NCBI GenBank assembly: GCA_964016885.1
Contig: OZ024747.1
Coordinates: 70,494,001-70,558,000 of the forward strand
Source: Eledone cirrhosa
Taxonomy: Eukaryota
Reading direction: 5' to 3'
DNA length: 64,000 nucleotides
Position numbers and translations under genes: made by a program. A model generated the notes under the pieces. It was not told the DNA's origin and did no database searches. It saw only the letters and a program-made list of their open reading frames with translations. Positions 62,551 to 64,000 of this stretch are shown in pieces. Each line of letters begins with the position of its first letter. The stretch's first letter is position 1.

Positions 62551-64000
62551 GTAATTTCAGACTCAACTGAAACAGTATTCAGTCGTATAAAATATTACTG
62601 TGTTGTAATTACATATCATGACTAATGTTATAAAGTTAGTATGAATAGTATTGAGAACTACATGATGCAAATATTAAACATATGTTACAAGCAATTTAAT
62701 AAAACAATAAGGTCTTTGGTTGCAACTCCAATCTGAAGCTTATTCACTTTACCCACACTAACAATGGGCTTGAAAAAGCAAGAACATATCAGAATCATAT
62801 TCAGCCTTCTTAAAATATTTGGGTTTCACAACACACATTAAAGAAAAAAAATGATACAAAAAAAATATAAATAAAATTGATAAGTATACAAAGATCTCAT
62901 AGAATTTGTAAGTTTTCTAATACGACATTATTTGCATTTTTACATTTGATTTGAAATACATTTGAATAGATAAATAGGGAGGTTTTTACTCTTAACACTA
63001 AGACATTTTCTATAAAAATCTCATTAACCAATAAAATACTATCAAAATAATGCTACACTATTCTTTAACCAGGATTCCCTATGCCTTTCACAAGGATATT
63101 TTCTATTTACTTACGTCAACAGATATGCTTTTTGTTACCTGTCTACACAGTTCCTTCATCTTTTGTTTTGTTTCCCCAAGAAGGGAAAAGTAGCCCAAAT
63201 TAAAATAAAATAATAATAATAAAGTTGCATGCGATTGTTTATCATTCAGATTTCCTTTGAGTGAATGGTATTCAGAGCTAACATAACATTTTGACAGCTG
63301 CCTTCTAAGTTAAAGCTTTACTTTAGTTCTTTAGTTTTTAGCCATCACAGCCAACGTCATGATTTTTATGTTTAATAAATTATACTTCTAAGATTTCAAA
63401 GCCTTTATTTTCTTATCTGTTGTAAACTTTTGTTCTGGGTGTTAAACACCAAATTCTACATTTTGTGCCAAATAGAATTTCTATCTTCGATCTTTTTATT
63501 TATAATCAATTTTATTTAAATTTTGTTATCCACTTTTCTTTTTCTACTATTTTATTTCATGGTGTTATTTATATTTCAAAATGTTTTATTTAATCCCAGA
63601 TACTGCATTAATATCTACTATATATCTTACAGAGTGTAATGTTACTTCTATTTAGGATAACTGCAGGTTTGTGTGGAGATATACTTCAGTATAAAAATAT
63701 TTTGAATATATTATTTTCCCTTAAGTCCTTGTTTTGTAATGATTTCATAAGAAAAGTCTTTTCCCCATCTAATACCAAATTATTTGTGTCTAATATTAAA
63801 TTTGTAGATAGAAAAATCACTGTAACATTAAATGTAAATGTGGTAAGAGACCAGAGGCTACAGTGTTTGCTGAGTGAACAGAAATAATATTGAGTTTACA
63901 AGGATACTTCTGTTTGGATAAGCATGTGACGATACCTCTAGTCCTGACGCCATGACAAAATGTACTCAGTTCATTCTGTAAAGTAGTAGTGCTAGTGCCA

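Overview
Repeat-dominated, AT-rich animal genomic DNA. It is most likely an octopod cephalopod, inferred from the tRNA-derived SINE ending GGCCTTGTGCC...(ATT)n and the dense (TA)n/(CA)n/(CATA)n microsatellites. No host gene can be called with confidence. The window contains: (i) decayed Penelope-like element (PLE) fragments at 1-1.6 kb and 38.4-39.7 kb; (ii) an ~18.9-kb tandem array of a 16-bp unit (YAGTCTTTTTCTACAA, about 1,180 copies) with one binary C/T site and higher-order blocks; (iii) an ~18.5-kb cluster (39.7-58.2 kb) of eight non-LTR retrotransposon copies, mostly separated by (ATT)n tracts. Five copies belong to two Dong/R4-clade families with a restriction-like endonuclease (all minus strand). 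Three belong to a Tx1/L1-clade family with an AP endonuclease (all plus strand; one full length with an open 1140-aa ORF2). (iv) SINEs, a mariner remnant and a 200-N gap, after which the DNA looks CpG-depleted. The best candidate for an undescribed system is the (ATT)n-targeting Tx1-clade LINE. It shares its microsatellite niche in fixed opposite orientation with Dong elements, and its 3' end resembles that of the local (ATT)-tailed SINE. All calls were made by eye, without database searches.
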